DNA of 64,000 nt. Source: Patescibacteria group bacterium. GTDB taxonomy: Bacteria; Patescibacteriota; Microgenomatia; UBA1400; CG1-02-47-37. Made by a program: the position numbers and the translations under genes. The DNA lies in NCBI GenBank assembly GCA_038065055.1, contig JBBTRT010000001.1, positions 48,893 to 112,892 of the forward strand. The letters are read 5' to 3'. Shown piece after piece: positions 61,434 through 64,000 of this stretch. Numbering within the stretch: the first letter of the stretch is position 1; each line of letters starts with the position of its first letter. Under the pieces are notes generated by a model. The model was not told the DNA's origin. It was given only the letters and a program-made list of their open reading frames with translations, and ran no database searches.

Positions 61434-64000
61434 AATAGCTCCACGGCTCTACCGGTAATGACTTATTTTTAAACTTCACTAACGCCTTAGTCAACAGCCT
61501 GGCCTTCCTTACGTCAGTGATTAAATAAACATTATGGTCAATCGCCGCCCGCCTGATCATATAGTCATCATTTATTTCTTTACTTACTCCTTCATCCACT
61601 AAATTAATCGCTAAATCCACTTTTCCCCGATTAAAACAATCCAATAAATTAGGCGACTTATTTTCGTGGATTTTAAACAATCGTTTTACCTTTAAACCAT
61701 TTTTTTTCAGCCATAAAGCGGTTTTTTCCGTCGCAAAAATCGGTAAATTGAGGGCTTTCATTTGCCACACTGCCTCAGTCATCCTCACCTTATTGCCTTC
61801 ACCGCCAAAAGATAGAAAAATTCCCTTTCTTGGCATTTTTGCCCCCACTGACAACTCCGCTTTCAGAAACGCTTCTTCTTCAGTCTTGCCAAATCCGGCG
61901 GCTTCCCCGGTCGATGCCATTTCCACCCGCAGCTGCGGATCAGCTCCGGTTAAGCGCGCAAAAGAAAATTGCGGTACTTTAACCGCCACAAAATCCGGGT
62001 ACTTTATTTCTACCGGCTTCGCTTGCTTAAAACTCGCCTCTACCAGTAACCGGGCCAAATTTATCTCAGTTGCTTTACTGATAAACGGAAACGTTCTGGA
62101 ACTCCTTAAATTCATTTCCAACACCATTACTTCATTGTCTTTGGCCAATAACTGTAAGTTAAACGGACCGGTAATCTTTAACCTTCCGGCCAACTTAGCC
62201 GCAATTTGCCGGACCTGATTTTCCGTATAAGAATGAATCTTCTGCCCCGGGTAAACAATGCAGGCATCGCCCGAATGCGTTCCCGCCGGCTCCACGTGCT
62301 CGGAAATTATCGCCGCCATAATTTCCCCATTTTGAGCCACCGCGTCCAGCTCGATCTCCCGCGCCATAGTAATAAATTTAGACACCGTTACCGGATAATC
62401 CCTGTTCACTTTGGCCGCTTTACTGAAAAACCGGTTTAAATCAACATCATTGTGGCAGACTCTCATTGCACTCCCGGACAAAACATAGGAAGGACGGATC
62501 AATACCGGATAATCAATTATCTGAGCAAATCTAATCGCCGCTTTGACTGACGAAAACTTATCCCACTTGGGTTGGGCTAAACCCAAATCATCAAGCAGCT
62601 GGGAAAATTTGGTCCGGTCTTCGGCCTCATCAATATTCACCGCTTTAGTGCCTAAAATTCTCACTTGCTGTTTAGCTAAAGGTTTGACTAAATTATTCGG
62701 TATTTGGCCGCCGGCCGACACGATTACCCCGAACGGCTGCTCCGCTTCATAAATATCCATCACCCGCTCCAATGTCAATTCTTCAAAATAAAGCCGGTCG
62801 GAAACGTCATAATCAGTCGATACTGTTTCCGGATTGCAATTAATAATAATTGATTGTTTGTTAAACTTCTTTAACGCCCAAGCCGCATTCACGCTCACCC
62901 AGTCAAACTCCACTGACGAACCAATGCAGTACGGCCCGGACCCTAAAACAATCACTCCCTTTCTTTTAAACGGTTTAACGTCGTCATGCCGGCCAAAATA
63001 GGTTAAATATAAATAATTAGTCACTGCCGGCACTTCGCCCGCCAAAGTATCAATTTGAAAAATACTGGGTTTTATTCCCAGTTTCTTTCTTAAACTTCTA
63101 ACCTCTAACTCCGTCTTTTTAACCAATTGGCCGACTCTTTTATCCGCCAACCCCAATTGTTTTAATTTCAATAAAATACCCCGCTTCAATTGACTAAAAT
63201 GACTGATTTTTGCTTCCTCGTCCACAATCAATTTAATTCGTTCTAAAAACCACGGATCAATCCCGGTTAATCGGTTCAATTCTGCCACCGCTATTCCCCG
63301 GCACAAGGCTTCGCTTAAGGCCCACAACCGATTCGGGGTCGGCTTCACTAATTCTTCTTTCAAATCCTTAATCTTTATTTTATCCGTTACCCCCAGATAG
63401 CCTAAATTCAGCATCCGGGCTGCTTTTTGTAGTGCCTCCTCAAATGATCGGCCCAACCCCATGACTTCACCGACCGACTTCATACTACTGCCGATTCTTT
63501 GACTAATCCGGTCAAATTTATTTAAATCCCACCGGGGGATTTTTACCGCCACGTAATCCAGCGCCGGCTCAAAAAAAGCCTGAGTCACTTGGGTCACCTG
63601 ATTTTTAATCTCGCTTAAATTCTGCCCCAGGACTAACTTTGCCGCCACGTAAGCCAAAGGATAGCCAGTAGCTTTGGAGGCCAATGCCGAAGACCGGGAC
63701 AACCTTGAATTAACTTCAATAATATAATATTCCAACTTTTTACCCTGAGGCCGGGGATTAACCGCAAATTGAATATTACATTCACCCACCACTTTTAAAC
63801 TCCGGACAATTTTTATGGCCGTCTGCCGCAAATAATGGTACTCAAAATTAGTCAAAGTCTGGCTCGGCGCCACCACAATCGATTCGCCGGTATGAATTCC
63901 CAGCGGATCCATATTTTCCATATTGCAAATCGTCAGGCAATTATCCTCGCTGTCCCGCACCACTTCATATTCAATTTCTTTAAAATGATGTAAGTACTTT
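61426..64000 (-). CDS. carB: carbamoyl-phosphate synthase large subunit (N-terminus outside window)
   Basis: EIEYEVVRD..MENMDPLGIHTGESIVVAP, a second ATP-grasp half and an MGS-like C-terminus. The frame is still open at position 64000. Confidence 0.9.
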   Translation of the reverse strand, partial: KYLHHFKEIEYEVVRDSEDNCLTICNMENMDPLGIHTGESIVVAPSQTLTNFEYHYLRQTAIKIVRSLKVVGECNIQFAVNPRPQGKKLEYYIIEVNSRLSRSSALASKATGYPLAYVAAKLVLGQNLSEIKNQVTQVTQAFFEPALDYVAVKIPRWDLNKFDRISQRIGSSMKSVGEVMGLGRSFEEALQKAARMLNLGYLGVTDKIKIKDLKEELVKPTPNRLWALSEALCRGIAVAELNRLTGIDPWFLERIKLIVDEEAKISHFSQLKRGILLKLKQLGLADKRVGQLVKKTELEVRSLRKKLGIKPSIFQIDTLAGEVPAVTNYLYLTYFGRHDDVKPFKRKGVIVLGSGPYCIGSSVEFDWVSVNAAWALKKFNKQSIIINCNPETVSTDYDVSDRLYFEELTLERVMDIYEAEQPFGVIVSAGGQIPNNLVKPLAKQQVRILGTKAVNIDEAEDRTKFSQLLDDLGLAQPKWDKFSSVKAAIRFAQIIDYPVLIRPSYVLSGSAMRVCHNDVDLNRFFSKAAKVNRDYPVTVSKFITMAREIELDAVAQNGEIMAAIISEHVEPAGTHSGDACIVYPGQKIHSYTENQVRQIAAKLAGRLKITGPFNLQLLAKDNEVMVLEMNLRSSRTFPFISKATEINLARLLVEASFKQAKPVEIKYPDFVAVKVPQFSFARLTGADPQLRVEMASTGEAAGFGKTEEEAFLKAELSVGAKMPRKGIFLSFGGEGNKVRMTEAVWQMKALNLPIFATEKTALWLKKNGLKVKRLFKIHENKSPNLLDCFNRGKVDLAINLVDEGVSKEINDDYMIRRAAIDHNVYLITDVRKARLLTKALVKFKNKSLPVEPWSYYA

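Noticed and set aside
1-64000. Alternative genetic code (UGA recoding), as in some CPR lineages, prompted by seeing only RF1.
   Set aside because: TGA clearly terminates well-aligned genes (for example pckA at 18289-18291 and the rSAM gene at 27432-27434), and ORFs are full-length under the standard code. RF2 may simply lie outside the window.
1-64000. CRISPR arrays, tRNA, rRNA and tmRNA genes.
   Set aside because: I found no regularly spaced direct repeats and no intergenic gap with tRNA-like T-arm/acceptor features. The GGATTCGAA-like strings at ~29641 and ~56870 lie inside ahcY and pyrF coding sequence.

Overview
This is a gene-dense, AT-rich bacterial chromosome fragment with about 85 genes, mostly on the minus strand, many overlapping or translationally coupled. 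I found no rRNA, tRNA or CRISPR array. Shortened housekeeping genes, a stand-alone four-helix-bundle 'IVS/Avd-like' protein and giant Cys-rich surface proteins suggest a reduced CPR/Patescibacteria-like genome. That placement is inference, not a database result. The backbone has three parts. The first is a translation and DNA block: hisS, rpmE, prfA, rplI, rpsR, ssb, rpsF, ychF, cysS, recR, dnaX, ybaB, rpsU, proS, frr, a mini tsf and rpsB. The second is C1, SAM and purine salvage: folD, glyA, ahcY, a PfkB kinase, guaA, a guaB-like gene, add, prs and phosphoribosyltransferases. The third is a pyrimidine operon: carB-pyrB-pyrC-pyrD-pyrE-pyrF. Two accessory insertions stand out. (1) An exactly 2,700-bp-periodic cassette sits between 79-bp perfect direct repeats that duplicate the 3' end of a SAM-hydrolase-like gene. 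It carries a radical SAM/SPASM enzyme with a C-terminal RRE-like tail, an HExxH MA-type peptidase, and a 91-aa peptide ending in PPC[VYF]G repeats. This is my best candidate for an undescribed system, a new RiPP-type pathway. (2) An ~8.3-kb island encoding a large serine recombinase is inserted in the first codons of ychF. The island supplies a replacement ychF N-terminus, and the ancestral start codon is left stranded against pckA. Other notable items: a REP/RAYT unit with two of its own REP hairpins in frame inside the transposase gene; 24-bp perfect palindromes embedded in housekeeping CDSs; a conserved AT-rich intergenic module seen once 'empty' and once 'filled' by the four-helix-bundle gene; and several toxin-antitoxin pairs. 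All calls rest on motifs read by eye. No searches or computations were run.
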